This document shows positions 36,977 to 46,521 of a stretch of DNA of 64,000 nucleotides, in pieces (within the stretch, counting starts at the first letter, position 1; each line of letters opens with the position of its first letter). The stretch covers positions 1 to 64,000 of the forward strand of contig JANLHZ010000037.1 of assembly GCA_024653775.1 (NCBI GenBank). Reading direction: 5' to 3'. The stretch is from Planctomycetota bacterium (lineage in GTDB: Bacteria > Planctomycetota > UBA8742 > JACQVU01 > JANLHZ01). The notes beneath the pieces are model-generated. The model was given only the letters and a program-made list of their open reading frames with translations. It was not told the origin of the DNA and did not search any database. The translations under genes and the position numbers were made by a program.

Positions 36977-39900
36977 CTATCTGATGTCCGCACCCGGTGG
37001 GTACGAACCTGTAATCGCTCTATACGATTCCTGCATAAGCTGGATAATATAGCCGAAGTTGTGGGTTCCGTGGGAACCGTCTTCCTCGACCGCGATCCAG
37101 TTCCAGAGCGCCCCGGCGAGGTTGTCCCCGGCCATGTTGATGGTGATTCCGGAGACCGGGGATCCGCTGCTTGTCAGGTAACCTGCTCTTTCGAGCGCAA
37201 GGCCGAGCACTTCGTGCAGTCCCTCGAACTCGTCGCGGTGCCCCTCGACGTGCCCGTCGCCGTCGTAATCGCCCTTCGAGGGTCGATCGATCGTCTCCAG
37301 ATTGACGTGGCAGCCCTGGCAGGCGTTCGCCACGTTGGAAAGCTCCCGACCGTCTTCGTCAGTCGTGGTGATTTTGAACGTGTGTTCGCCCATAATGAGG
37401 CTTCCGGTTTCCACCGTGGAAGGATCGGGCGCCATGTGGCAGGTGATGCACGTGTTTTCGACTTTGGAGTGAGCGCCTACGTGCTCCCAGGCTTTGGTGT
37501 TTACGCTGTTCACCATCAGGTGGGAGAAGTTCTCGTAGCCGTTGGTGCCAAAGAGCATATCGCCCGATATGCCGTAGTGCGGTCCCCAGTGGCTCGAAGT
37601 GGCATCACCCCGAGTCTGCCAGGTTCCGCGAGCCTGGTGGCATCCAAGGCAGAGGTTGCCGTGACCTCCATCCTCTGAAACGACTCCCGTCGCGAAGGTG
37701 ATTGGTTCCTGCCTTCTGATCTGATGCTCGTTGGTGGCATCGTGCGGATCGTGGCAGGTCACGCAGCCTATCTCGAGTCCGGATGTCTGAGGCATGATCT
37801 CCAGCGTCACGTCGGAATCGTTGGTCTTATACGTCACGGTGACGCTTCCGTAGGTCCAGCCCGAGCTGTTCTGCTCGGTGAGGTCGAGGGATGTCGCCGT
37901 AGTGGTGTAGGCGTAGGAGCCGCTTGCCACCACGTCTCCCGACGCGAAGCTGGAACCCTTCGCGATAGTGACGTCCACGTTGCCAGTGCCCGTGTTGTAG
38001 GCGAGCTTGGCGTATAGACGTCCGCGTCCGAGGTAGGTGTTCGTGAAGTTCATACCGTTGAACGTCCAGGCATTGAACTGGTTCGATCCGTCGTTCTCCT
38101 CGACGAGAAGCACGGTCTGTTTCAGGATCGACACGGTTATGCTGGTTCCGGTCGTAGTCGGAATGGCTGCCGCGACGTTCAGAGTCATGAAGTTCGCGGA
38201 AGTCCCATAAGTGCTGCTCGCGGTAGTTTCGACCGCGGGAGTGACGAGCGTGAGCGTACTGCTTACCGCTGGAGTCGCGATCGTTCCCGTGGTGGCGAGA
38301 AGCTGGTACGCCCGCTTTTGCGAGTTGTTGTATGCGTCCATCTGGAAGTTACCGGCGCCGTCGTCGGTGTATGTGATATACACACTGGTGGGCGCGGACT
38401 TGCTGGAGTTCTTGAACAGATAGACCCAGGTGTCGAACGTGTTCGTGGTTTCGCCATCGGTGATTGAAACGATTCTTGTGGAATCGTCGTTGCCCTCGGT
38501 CTGTCCGTTGATGAGGATGAAACCCTGTGCGCTGTGGCACTTGGTGCATCCGTCGTTTCCACCTCTGCTTTCGATCGCGGTGCTGTGCTTGTGGCCCGCC
38601 TGCTGGAGCATGAACGCCCTTGGATGCGCGTTCGGCTCGTCGTGGCAGACTCCGCACTGATCGTCGTCGAAACTGACGGAAGTGTTGAACGTGGCGGTCT
38701 GCGCGACGCTGCCGGTCCCGTCGGTGTGCTCCGAACCTGGACCGTGACAGTTCTCGCACTGGATGTTCGCGCGCTGGGACAAAGCGTTGTGAGGTCCGGC
38801 GTCGTCGATCAGCGCGTCCCACTGGGCCTCTGATCCACCTGTGGTGAAGGTCCACCCGGACTGCTCCTTCAGGTCGGTCCAGCCGCCGTTGTCGATTGCC
38901 GGGTCCGCCTGCCAGCCGACGGTATGGCACTTGAGGCAGGATTCGCTATACTTACTCGAAAGAGTGCCGTTAATGCCTCGTTCGGCGTGCTCCGCATGCC
39001 CGGTTTCCTGCCAATCCGCGACCCTCGAGTCGTGACACCCGGAGGTGCCACAGCTCTTTCCGGAAGGAGTGTCGCCTCCGATGGTTCCAACGGTGACGTA
39101 GGTTCCCGCGGTTAAGTTGTATGTTCCCGACTCCTTGAGCGTCGTCATCGTTACGTTGCTAAAGCCGTTATAACTGATGGTGTACACTCCGGGCACGTCA
39201 GGCGTGAAGTAGCACCAGCGCTGGGCGCCTGTCGCGTCCCAGCTAAGCGTTGCGACGCTCCCGGCGGGTTGCGCGGAAAGCGAGTACGTCCAGGCGACGA
39301 GCGCGGTTCCCGTCTGCGATTCGAGAGCTCCCATGAAGTACATCGGAACTCCGATGGACACGCAGCTCTGAGCGGACTGCAGGAAGCTGTATTCCGACGT
39401 GCCTACGGTGTAGCTCTCGATCCACGAAGTTACGCTGTCGGTGGCGCGGTTGTACCACACGGTGTCGTTTCCTGCGGTATAACTGACGGTGCTGTCGTCG
39501 GTGACGTGAAGGTCGAGAGTCATTTTGCGCTCGACGGGCGTGAACCCCATTGGCGCCCACCGATCGGGCATGAACTCGTTTCCATTGCTCGCGAGGTCGT
39601 TAGTTACCGTCGGGAACGGATTCGTGAAGGTCGGATTAGCCGTGTCCCCACCTGTGAGCGACACAATGTGGCCGTGTCTGTCCTCGAAGGACCAGTCGTA
39701 AGACGCGGTTCCGGTTACGTTCGCGGGAGTAGCGACGATTGTCGTGATCTGCGAACCCCATCCCTGATTTTTCAGATCGGGGCCTGCGCTTACGCTGAGG
39801 CTGCTAGCGGTCGGCGCGGCGAACGCGCTCGTCGCGACGACTTCGACCGTCGTAGTCTTGCGAACTCCGGCTCCACCGGCGTCGCCGACCGTCAGTTCGA

Positions 39901-41770
39901 TCACGTAAGTTCCGGCCTTGGTCGGGAAGAACCAGGGCTTGCTTGCGTCCTTTCCAATAATCTGACTCGCGCTCGTGTCGGGACCGCTGACGATCCTCCA
40001 GTTGTAACCGAGGCTGTCGATGGCTTCTCCGTCCGTGCCATATCCGTTACCGTCGAAGCTCTTGGAGCCGTCGAGCTGGATCGCGCCGAGGACGTCAGGC
40101 GCGGCGGCGCGCGCCGCGGGAACCGGGCTGAGGTTGCCCCACATTGTGAGTAGCTTGGTGTTAAGTTCCGCGATGGCATCGTCCGAGTGGCACCCGCCCG
40201 ACTGACACGAGTTCGGCATTCCCTTGACTCCGCCGTGGGAGTCGTCGCTTTCGGTCGGATATATGATGCGGAACTCGTGGTTCCTGATGTCGTACGCCTC
40301 CGCGGACTTCGCCATGTATGGCATGTGACAGTCGATGCAACCCGTCGGGGTATCGTCTCTAATTGGGTGTTTAGTGTGCTTCGTTATGTCGCTTGCCGTG
40401 AGGTTGTACGTTCCCTCGTGGCAGGAGAGGCACAGTTCCGTCGGCTCCATCTTGATGTCCGCTGTGAACGTGGACCCGTGGGGAGCGTGACAGGAATAGC
40501 ACGTAAGTCCCGCTTCGACGTGTTTCGATTCATCCATGTCGATCCACTGCTGCTGGTGACCTTTGGATGAGAACGTCGCATTCTGCCAGATGTTCGCGGT
40601 ATTGCTGTTCGGAATAAACTCGCGATAATCCTCGAGCACGTCCCCCGGCTTATAGAAATCGCCTTCCGCGTTACGGGAATACTCGGCGTGAAAATCGTTC
40701 ACGACGCCGTCGGCGGAGGTCATCGGGTATTTGCCTTCGCCTCTTCCGTGGCAGGTGGAGCAGACCTCGTTGCCTCTGTCCTCTGCCATGAGCGCGGGAT
40801 TGTTTATAGTGCCTCTGCCTCCTCCAAGAGAAACGTGTTTGGAACCTGGGCCGTGGCAGGCTTCGCAGCCGATGTTGGCTTCGGTGTAGTTCGCGACGAT
40901 GTGGTTTTTCCGTCCGTCGGAGCCGACGTTTATCTCGTCGATGTACGCCTCGGTGACGCCTGTGGCGTGACAACCAACGCAGTAAGCCTCCCAGGACTTA
41001 TTGAGCGGAGGCAGATCCGTTGTGGTATATCCGCCTCCCTCCACGGCGGTGTAATATCTGTTCGCGTTGTAAGTGGTCCACCGATTCGTGTTCACGTTGT
41101 ACTGAAGCGGAAGGACGTAGTTGACCACGTTGTTTCCGACAGTGACGGGGGTCGTATAACGCTGTTTCCACCTGCCGCTGCCTCCGATGATGCTTTCTAC
41201 GGTCCATACCTTGGTTCCCATCGTGACGGTGTATCTTCCCGTCGTTTGGTTGTACCCGAGAATGGGAGCGATTTCCCCGTAGGCGCTCCAGTCGGAATCG
41301 TTGTATGCGTCGGTCGCGCTCGATCCGAGCTGGATTCCCTGCTTGAAGTCGTTCACGCCGTCGTCATCGCTGTCGCAGAGGATGTTTTCGTCCTCCATCG
41401 AAAGGAATTTCTTGGTGTGATTGGTCGACTTCCAGCTCTGGTAGAGAGCGGCGTGACAGTCGGCGCATTTTTCAGAGCCGACGTAAGCCGCGTTAAGCTG
41501 CGAATGAACCGCGGTTGCGCGGGACGAATTCGCCAGAATCCGGTCGTCGTTCGTACACTGCGTAATCGAGACTCCGAGCGCGACAGCGCATAGAAGTATG
41601 AATAGCCATCTCCCCATTAAAGCGATCGTCTCCGATCCAGTCTTTTCCGATAAACCTTTCATATGTTCCTCCGTTTCTGGCTTATGAATCTCTATCTGGT
41701 TTCTATTTTTCATAATCGGCTTTCCGTTGGTTTCCATATTTACCTCGATCTCGAATGGCAGTTTAGACAA
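36977..41770 (-). CDS. Giant multiheme cytochrome c lipoprotein with PKD/Ig-like domains (15 CxxCH + 2 CxxxxCH)
   Basis: Lipobox SITQC. Two heme clusters separated by PKD-like domains (LDGSKSFD..YNW..VSGP..F.PTKAGTYVIELTV). True start is probably a downstream Met (41737, 41713 or 41662). Confidence 0.9.
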   Translation of the reverse strand: MSKLPFEIEVNMETNGKPIMKNRNQIEIHKPETEEHMKGLSEKTGSETIALMGRWLFILLCAVALGVSITQCTNDDRILANSSRATAVHSQLNAAYVGSEKCADCHAALYQSWKSTNHTKKFLSMEDENILCDSDDDGVNDFKQGIQLGSSATDAYNDSDWSAYGEIAPILGYNQTTGRYTVTMGTKVWTVESIIGGSGRWKQRYTTPVTVGNNVVNYVLPLQYNVNTNRWTTYNANRYYTAVEGGGYTTTDLPPLNKSWEAYCVGCHATGVTEAYIDEINVGSDGRKNHIVANYTEANIGCEACHGPGSKHVSLGGGRGTINNPALMAEDRGNEVCSTCHGRGEGKYPMTSADGVVNDFHAEYSRNAEGDFYKPGDVLEDYREFIPNSNTANIWQNATFSSKGHQQQWIDMDESKHVEAGLTCYSCHAPHGSTFTADIKMEPTELCLSCHEGTYNLTASDITKHTKHPIRDDTPTGCIDCHMPYMAKSAEAYDIRNHEFRIIYPTESDDSHGGVKGMPNSCQSGGCHSDDAIAELNTKLLTMWGNLSPVPAARAAAPDVLGAIQLDGSKSFDGNGYGTDGEAIDSLGYNWRIVSGPDTSASQIIGKDASKPWFFPTKAGTYVIELTVGDAGGAGVRKTTTVEVVATSAFAAPTASSLSVSAGPDLKNQGWGSQITTIVATPANVTGTASYDWSFEDRHGHIVSLTGGDTANPTFTNPFPTVTNDLASNGNEFMPDRWAPMGFTPVERKMTLDLHVTDDSTVSYTAGNDTVWYNRATDSVTSWIESYTVGTSEYSFLQSAQSCVSIGVPMYFMGALESQTGTALVAWTYSLSAQPAGSVATLSWDATGAQRWCYFTPDVPGVYTISYNGFSNVTMTTLKESGTYNLTAGTYVTVGTIGGDTPSGKSCGTSGCHDSRVADWQETGHAEHAERGINGTLSSKYSESCLKCHTVGWQADPAIDNGGWTDLKEQSGWTFTTGGSEAQWDALIDDAGPHNALSQRANIQCENCHGPGSEHTDGTGSVAQTATFNTSVSFDDDQCGVCHDEPNAHPRAFMLQQAGHKHSTAIESRGGNDGCTKCHSAQGFILINGQTEGNDDSTRIVSITDGETTNTFDTWVYLFKNSSKSAPTSVYITYTDDGAGNFQMDAYNNSQKRAYQLLATTGTIATPAVSSTLTLVTPAVETTASSTYGTSANFMTLNVAAAIPTTTGTSITVSILKQTVLLVEENDGSNQFNAWTFNGMNFTNTYLGRGRLYAKLAYNTGTGNVDVTIAKGSSFASGDVVASGSYAYTTTATSLDLTEQNSSGWTYGSVTVTYKTNDSDVTLEIMPQTSGLEIGCVTCHDPHDATNEHQIRRQEPITFATGVVSEDGGHGNLCLGCHQARGTWQTRGDATSSHWGPHYGISGDMLFGTNGYENFSHLMVNSVNTKAWEHVGAHSKVENTCITCHMAPDPSTVETGSLIMGEHTFKITTTDEDGRELSNVANACQGCHVNLETIDRPSKGDYDGDGHVEGHRDEFEGLHEVLGLALERAGYLTSSGSPVSGITINMAGDNLAGALWNWIAVEEDGSHGTHNFGYIIQLMQESYRAITGSYPPGADIR

Positions 41771-42924
41771 TCGGACCCGTTATCGTAGTGTTCGAATCTT
41801 ACACTCACTCCGTGGCAGCTTCGGCAGTCGTTGCCGGGGGAGTGCTGCGTGTTCAGCGGTCTCGCGGGTGCGCTAGTGTGTCCCGCCTCGGTCCTGTGGC
41901 AGGCGAAGCACTCCGTCGAATCTATCGATTCCTCGTGGCAACTCACACAGTGGCGACTCCTTCCCGAAGCCCAGCTCGATGAGTTGTGCGACCTCGGCTC
42001 CGTGAACTGATGGCACCTGAGGCATTCGTCCTGCCTGTGGCAGTTCTCGCAGCGACTCGTGTCGAACATCGCGTCGCGCCCGTGGACCTCTCTCCGCCAG
42101 ACGCTCGTGTGGTCCCGCGGGGCTTCATTCCTGTGGCAATCCCGACATTCGCGCTCCCCCCTGTGGCAGGTGTCGCAGCTCTGGAAGGACGTCGTTCCCG
42201 TCCCGCCGTGGGTGTTCGTCCAGTTTGCGCTGTGGTTCGCGGGCTTGGTCGACTGATGGCATTCCTCGCAGGTGACGACGCCCGGAGTTTCGGGTTCGTC
42301 CCCTGAGTGGCAGAATCTGCACGTTGCCTCCTCTTCCGCAGAAGACGGTCCGTGATTATTCGGGAATTCGCCTCCGTGGTAAGCGGGCTTCTTCTCGCTA
42401 TGGCAGTCGGTACACCACTTGGTATCTTCCTCTTCGTGGCAGAGGTTGCATCTGTGCTCTTCGAAGTGCTCCTCATCCCTAAACCAGCTATGAACGCCCT
42501 TCTCGGTCCAGTTCTCGTCGTGATTCTTCGGCTTCGACTCATCCGTTATCACGCTATGGCAGAGCGTGCATTCGTCCTTCAGGTTCTCGTGTTCCGGCGC
42601 GTTCTTCTCGTGGCAACCTTCGCAGGATTCCATCGTCATCATGTATCCCGGATACTTGGCGTTCTCGACCTTGAGGTCCGGGTCGTGGCACTCGTTGCAC
42701 TTGACCTCGAGACCTTTGTGCAGATCGTGATCGAACTTTATGTCGGAAGTTTCGACGACGCTCGCATTTTCGAACGCGAGCGAAAGCAGATCCTCTTCCC
42801 CGATCCCGAGGAACGAAATGCCGAGACAGGACGCGAAACTCGCGGCTATGAACGCGATCTGAATCAGCCTCGTCCTTCCGAACCATCGCGGATGCTGCCC
42901 GACTTTGTTTTCGACGTGTTCCAT
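41740..42924 (-). CDS. Periplasmic multiheme cytochrome c (15 CxxCH)
   Basis: 15 CxxCH counted. Repetitive P..H...W...HG spacers typical of linear heme wires. N-terminal hydrophobic leader. Confidence 0.92.
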   Translation of the reverse strand: MEHVENKVGQHPRWFGRTRLIQIAFIAASFASCLGISFLGIGEEDLLSLAFENASVVETSDIKFDHDLHKGLEVKCNECHDPDLKVENAKYPGYMMTMESCEGCHEKNAPEHENLKDECTLCHSVITDESKPKNHDENWTEKGVHSWFRDEEHFEEHRCNLCHEEEDTKWCTDCHSEKKPAYHGGEFPNNHGPSSAEEEATCRFCHSGDEPETPGVVTCEECHQSTKPANHSANWTNTHGGTGTTSFQSCDTCHRGERECRDCHRNEAPRDHTSVWRREVHGRDAMFDTSRCENCHRQDECLRCHQFTEPRSHNSSSWASGRSRHCVSCHEESIDSTECFACHRTEAGHTSAPARPLNTQHSPGNDCRSCHGVSVRFEHYDNGSDCLNCHSRSR

Positions 42925-42933
42925 GCTGGCTTC

Positions 42934-44598
42934 CTAAAATTCGTACTGAACCTGCAGCCTGACTTCGTGATACGAACCGTTGCCTCCGGTTTCATACGTA
43001 TATCTCGCTTCGAGATCGAATCCCTCGAATGAGCCGAAGAGATCGTGAATCTCGATATTCGAATATATCGACCAGTGATCCTCGCGCTCTGATTCGAGGA
43101 AAGTGACGGAGCTGATCGACGTCTGGACTTCCGTCCACATCGAATAGTCCGCGCCGATGTAGCCCTCGATGTAGTCCTCCTCGTAGCCGACTTCGCCCTC
43201 GACGATTCCGCGTTCCTGGTTGAGCGGATTCGAGGAGGTTTGCGATCCCGTGGTCTTGCCTCGCCAGTACTCGCCCCGGATGAGTACGTGCGAGCCGGGG
43301 GCCACGAGATCGTCCACGTTGAGAAGACCATAATATTTCCACCATTCGCGATTGAACGCGGATTCGGCGCCGTCGTCGTGGAGTTGCCTCGTCGAGGTTC
43401 CGACCTCGAAGAACAGCACTTCCGTAGCGTACCAGCCGACGTTCGCGCTGACCATCGTGTTCGGTTCGAGCTTCGCAAGGACCTCGCTGAAAGGCGCGAA
43501 CGCGCTGTCCGCGCCTTCCTGCGCGGTAAGGAGAGTAGTCACGCGCAGACTGTAATCGAGGTCGATCGCGTTCACCTCCCCGCTGATTCTCGCGCGGATG
43601 TACTCGGAGTTCTCGCCGCGATAGCTGTAGCCGCCGAAAACGCGCAGCTCGTCGAAAATCTTGTACAGATATTCCGCGCTGAAGCGATTGTCCGTGTCGT
43701 CTATCTTAGTCCCTCCGGCAAAAGGCTGCGGGTCGCCCTCACGGACGTGAACGAAACTCGTAAGTCCCTTCCCGAAGTTCCCCGTCTTGAAACGCACGTC
43801 TCCGCCGATCATGTAGTCGCCACTGCGATCCGAATCGAAGAACCTCACGGGGACGCCGCCGAACGCTTCGAATTCGAGCGCGCGCATCAGCCGGATGCCG
43901 AGAAGTCCTCCGTCGAAGGTGTACTGCCTGTCGAGCGAATGCGCGACTCGACCCGCTTCGAGATAGAAGCCGTCCTTGGGACCCTGCTGAAGTCCGATGC
44001 TCGCCTCGTAAAGTCGTCCCTGGAGGTCGCCATTATACGAGTCGAACACGCCTCGAAACTCGTTCGACGTCGACACCGAGCGATCCTGATTCCCGAAGAG
44101 GTCCGCGTACGCGTCCGCCGCGAAATCGAAATACAAATGTCCGTCAAGCAGGTCCCGTCCTCCGAGACCCAGTGAGAATACCATGTCCTGGTCCGTCTCC
44201 CTCGACCTCGTGCGGGATCTCCAGCGGAGTCGAAGATCGCCGAAGATTTCCGGAGTCAGGAAAACGTCGGGAGCAACCTCTTCTTCCGTATCGAGAGCTT
44301 CATCCGTCTCTTCCACCGAATCCCCGGCGGATTCCTCGGTGCCGTCCGGCTCCGCACTCTCATCCGGCTGAGCCTCTTCCTCGGCTTCGGAAATTTGATC
44401 CTCCTCCTCTGGGACCTCCCCGGCGTCCACCATATCTGCCGATTCATTCGTCGCGGAATCCTCTGCAGGTTCTTCCGCGTCGACACTCCGGGGACAAAGG
44501 AGGAGGATCAGGACTAGTCCCGTCGCAACCGCCAGAATGAACCTCGTGCGGATTCCGCCCGGTCCACTCCTTTCAAAGTTTTCATTTTTAACATCCAT
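42934..44598 (-). CDS. Outer-membrane beta-barrel (porin of a porin-cytochrome complex)
   Basis: Signal peptide after ATG 44598, an acidic linker, then amphipathic beta strands. C-terminal EVRLQVQYEF (beta-signal, terminal Phe). The ORF-track extension to 45240 overlaps nrfD and is spurious. Confidence 0.8.
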   Translation of the reverse strand: MDVKNENFERSGPGGIRTRFILAVATGLVLILLLCPRSVDAEEPAEDSATNESADMVDAGEVPEEEDQISEAEEEAQPDESAEPDGTEESAGDSVEETDEALDTEEEVAPDVFLTPEIFGDLRLRWRSRTRSRETDQDMVFSLGLGGRDLLDGHLYFDFAADAYADLFGNQDRSVSTSNEFRGVFDSYNGDLQGRLYEASIGLQQGPKDGFYLEAGRVAHSLDRQYTFDGGLLGIRLMRALEFEAFGGVPVRFFDSDRSGDYMIGGDVRFKTGNFGKGLTSFVHVREGDPQPFAGGTKIDDTDNRFSAEYLYKIFDELRVFGGYSYRGENSEYIRARISGEVNAIDLDYSLRVTTLLTAQEGADSAFAPFSEVLAKLEPNTMVSANVGWYATEVLFFEVGTSTRQLHDDGAESAFNREWWKYYGLLNVDDLVAPGSHVLIRGEYWRGKTTGSQTSSNPLNQERGIVEGEVGYEEDYIEGYIGADYSMWTEVQTSISSVTFLESEREDHWSIYSNIEIHDLFGSFEGFDLEARYTYETGGNGSYHEVRLQVQYEF

Positions 44599-44633
44599 AC
44601 AGCACGCTGCCCTTGCTGTTAACGAACCTGCTC

Positions 44634-45797
44634 CTAAATGCTCCCAGGTCTCACCTCCGGATCCGTCAGGAGCCATTTTCGAAGGATTGCGAGAAGCACC
44701 ACCGGAGCAAGTACCACCATAACTCCGGCGACGAGTCCTTCCCGTCCTCCAATTTCGAGATTCCATTCCTGCACTCCGAGGTAGGTCTTCGAAAGCAGTT
44801 GACCGCCGATTACGACGTTCCAGCGCATGCTGAAGACCTGAAGAATCAGAAGGAATGAGCTGAAGTAAGCGAGCATCGATCTTGTGCGCTCGCTGACGTT
44901 CACGAATAGAATGTATGAGAGAAGAAGCAGCGGTATCACGCCGCCAACGACCACCTGCGCGCCCCAGTAGCTCATCGCGAGGTTGCCCTCGAGCATCTCC
45001 CGGATAATCGACCAGTAGTCGGTCTCGTAATACGCGAGGTGAAGAAGTTCGAGTAGTTCGAGCGTGATCGCGAACAGCAGGAACCCCCAGAGATACCGCA
45101 CGAGACCCCGGACGCAGTCGCTCGAAACCGCGGTCTTGGTCAGCTTCGCGTGGACGTGATAGAGGATTATCGTGAACGCGAGCCCGCACACCATCGCGCT
45201 CAGGATGAACACGACAGGAGTCAGCGCGCTCGACCACCACATGTTCGTCTTCACCGCCGCGAAGACGAATCCCACGTAACCAGTCAGAATGCAGGCAAAC
45301 GGAATTCCGATCACCGCGAGAGCCTTGATCACCTTCTGATCGTGCTCGTAGCTTGCCTTCGAAATCTTCGTCACGCCCAGGCAGATCAGTTTGTAGAAAA
45401 CGCCCTTCAGCCCTCCGCTAGACGCTTTCGCGACGAAGTTCGGACGGAACGCGTACCAGATCATGACGATCACAAGCACGAGGAATCCCATGTATATGTA
45501 CCCGAAGCCGGACATCGCGCTCGTAAGATGAGGCGTTATGAAAATGTACGCCGCGCGGGTGGGCTGCTCGAGGTGAAGCATAAGCGGTAGCGTCGCGAAG
45601 CAAAGGAACGAAACCGACGCCACAAGCGCGGGTTTGAATATCGGCTCGAGGTACGCGATCCCGAACGCCTTCGAAAGCGCACCGGTTATGAACGTCCCCG
45701 CGACCATGCCCGATATGAAAGGATACAGCACGATCATCAACGACCAGACGACCGTCTCGTTCGGATAGAAGTAGTATGTCTGCAGGATCGTCTCCAT
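44634..45797 (-). CDS. NrfD/PsrC-family quinol-interacting membrane subunit
   Basis: WSLMIVLYPFISG, HLEQP.RA...TPHLTSAMSGFG, GYVGFVF and RWNVVIGGQ. About 8-10 TM segments. Confidence 0.92.
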   Translation of the reverse strand: METILQTYYFYPNETVVWSLMIVLYPFISGMVAGTFITGALSKAFGIAYLEPIFKPALVASVSFLCFATLPLMLHLEQPTRAAYIFITPHLTSAMSGFGYIYMGFLVLVIVMIWYAFRPNFVAKASSGGLKGVFYKLICLGVTKISKASYEHDQKVIKALAVIGIPFACILTGYVGFVFAAVKTNMWWSSALTPVVFILSAMVCGLAFTIILYHVHAKLTKTAVSSDCVRGLVRYLWGFLLFAITLELLELLHLAYYETDYWSIIREMLEGNLAMSYWGAQVVVGGVIPLLLLSYILFVNVSERTRSMLAYFSSFLLILQVFSMRWNVVIGGQLLSKTYLGVQEWNLEIGGREGLVAGVMVVLAPVVLLAILRKWLLTDPEVRPGSI

Positions 45798-45801
45798 AAT
45801 C

Positions 45802-46521
45802 CTACCTCACCTTCTCTTCAAGCCCGAGATACGCGAGTTTCGGCTCCGTGCCGATGGACTGTCGCAGACCTCTCGTATTGCCTTCGTTCTTTTCGCTCGC
45901 TATCAGCGGATCGCTTCCGTCGATCGAAAATCTTCTCGCTTCCGTCGGACACACCTCCACGCACGCGGGAACCATACCCTTCGAAATGCGGTGGTAGCAC
46001 CAGTCGCACTTGTCCGCGGCGCCCGTCTCGTGGTTGTAGAACCTCGCGCCGTACGGACAGCTCTGGATGCAGTATCCGCAGCCTATGCAGTGCTCGGAGT
46101 CGATGTGTATCAGCCCCTCCGGACCCATGTACGTCGCGCCCACGGGGCAGACCTGCAAACACGGAGTGTTGTCGCACTGGTTGCAGAGCTTCGGAATGAA
46201 GACTGCCTTCTTGATGTCCTTCGGGTCTACGTCCGGCTCCCCAAATCCGTCCAGCCCGCCGTTAGGAGACTCGACGATAAACGTCTGATCCTTCTTGAAC
46301 GTGTACCGCTCGATCCAGGTGCGGAAGTTGTGCTCGGGAACGTCGTTCTCGAGAATGCACGCCTTAACGCAGTGGATGCAGCCGATGCACTTCGATGGAT
46401 CGACCATGAACTCGTAAGTGTGTTCCTCGCCTGCTCCCGCGAGGGCGTAGCTTGCAAGTCCGCACGACATCGCGGCTGCGCTGGTAGTCACTATGAAGGA
46501 TCTTCTCGATAGTTCCGTCAT
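45802..46521 (-). CDS. NrfC/TtrB-like 4Fe-4S dicluster protein, Tat-exported
   Basis: SRRSF twin-arginine leader. CIGCIHC..AC, CNQCDNTPCLQVCP, CIGCGYCIQSCPY and KCDWC..PACVEVCP (four clusters). Confidence 0.93.
   Translation of the reverse strand: MTELSRRSFIVTTSAAAMSCGLASYALAGAGEEHTYEFMVDPSKCIGCIHCVKACILENDVPEHNFRTWIERYTFKKDQTFIVESPNGGLDGFGEPDVDPKDIKKAVFIPKLCNQCDNTPCLQVCPVGATYMGPEGLIHIDSEHCIGCGYCIQSCPYGARFYNHETGAADKCDWCYHRISKGMVPACVEVCPTEARRFSIDGSDPLIASEKNEGNTRGLRQSIGTEPKLAYLGLEEKVR

Noticed and set aside
44599..45240. N-terminal 214 aa of the 768-aa ORF 42934..45240
   Set aside because: It overlaps nrfD in another frame and reads as shadow sequence. The signal peptide begins after ATG 44598.
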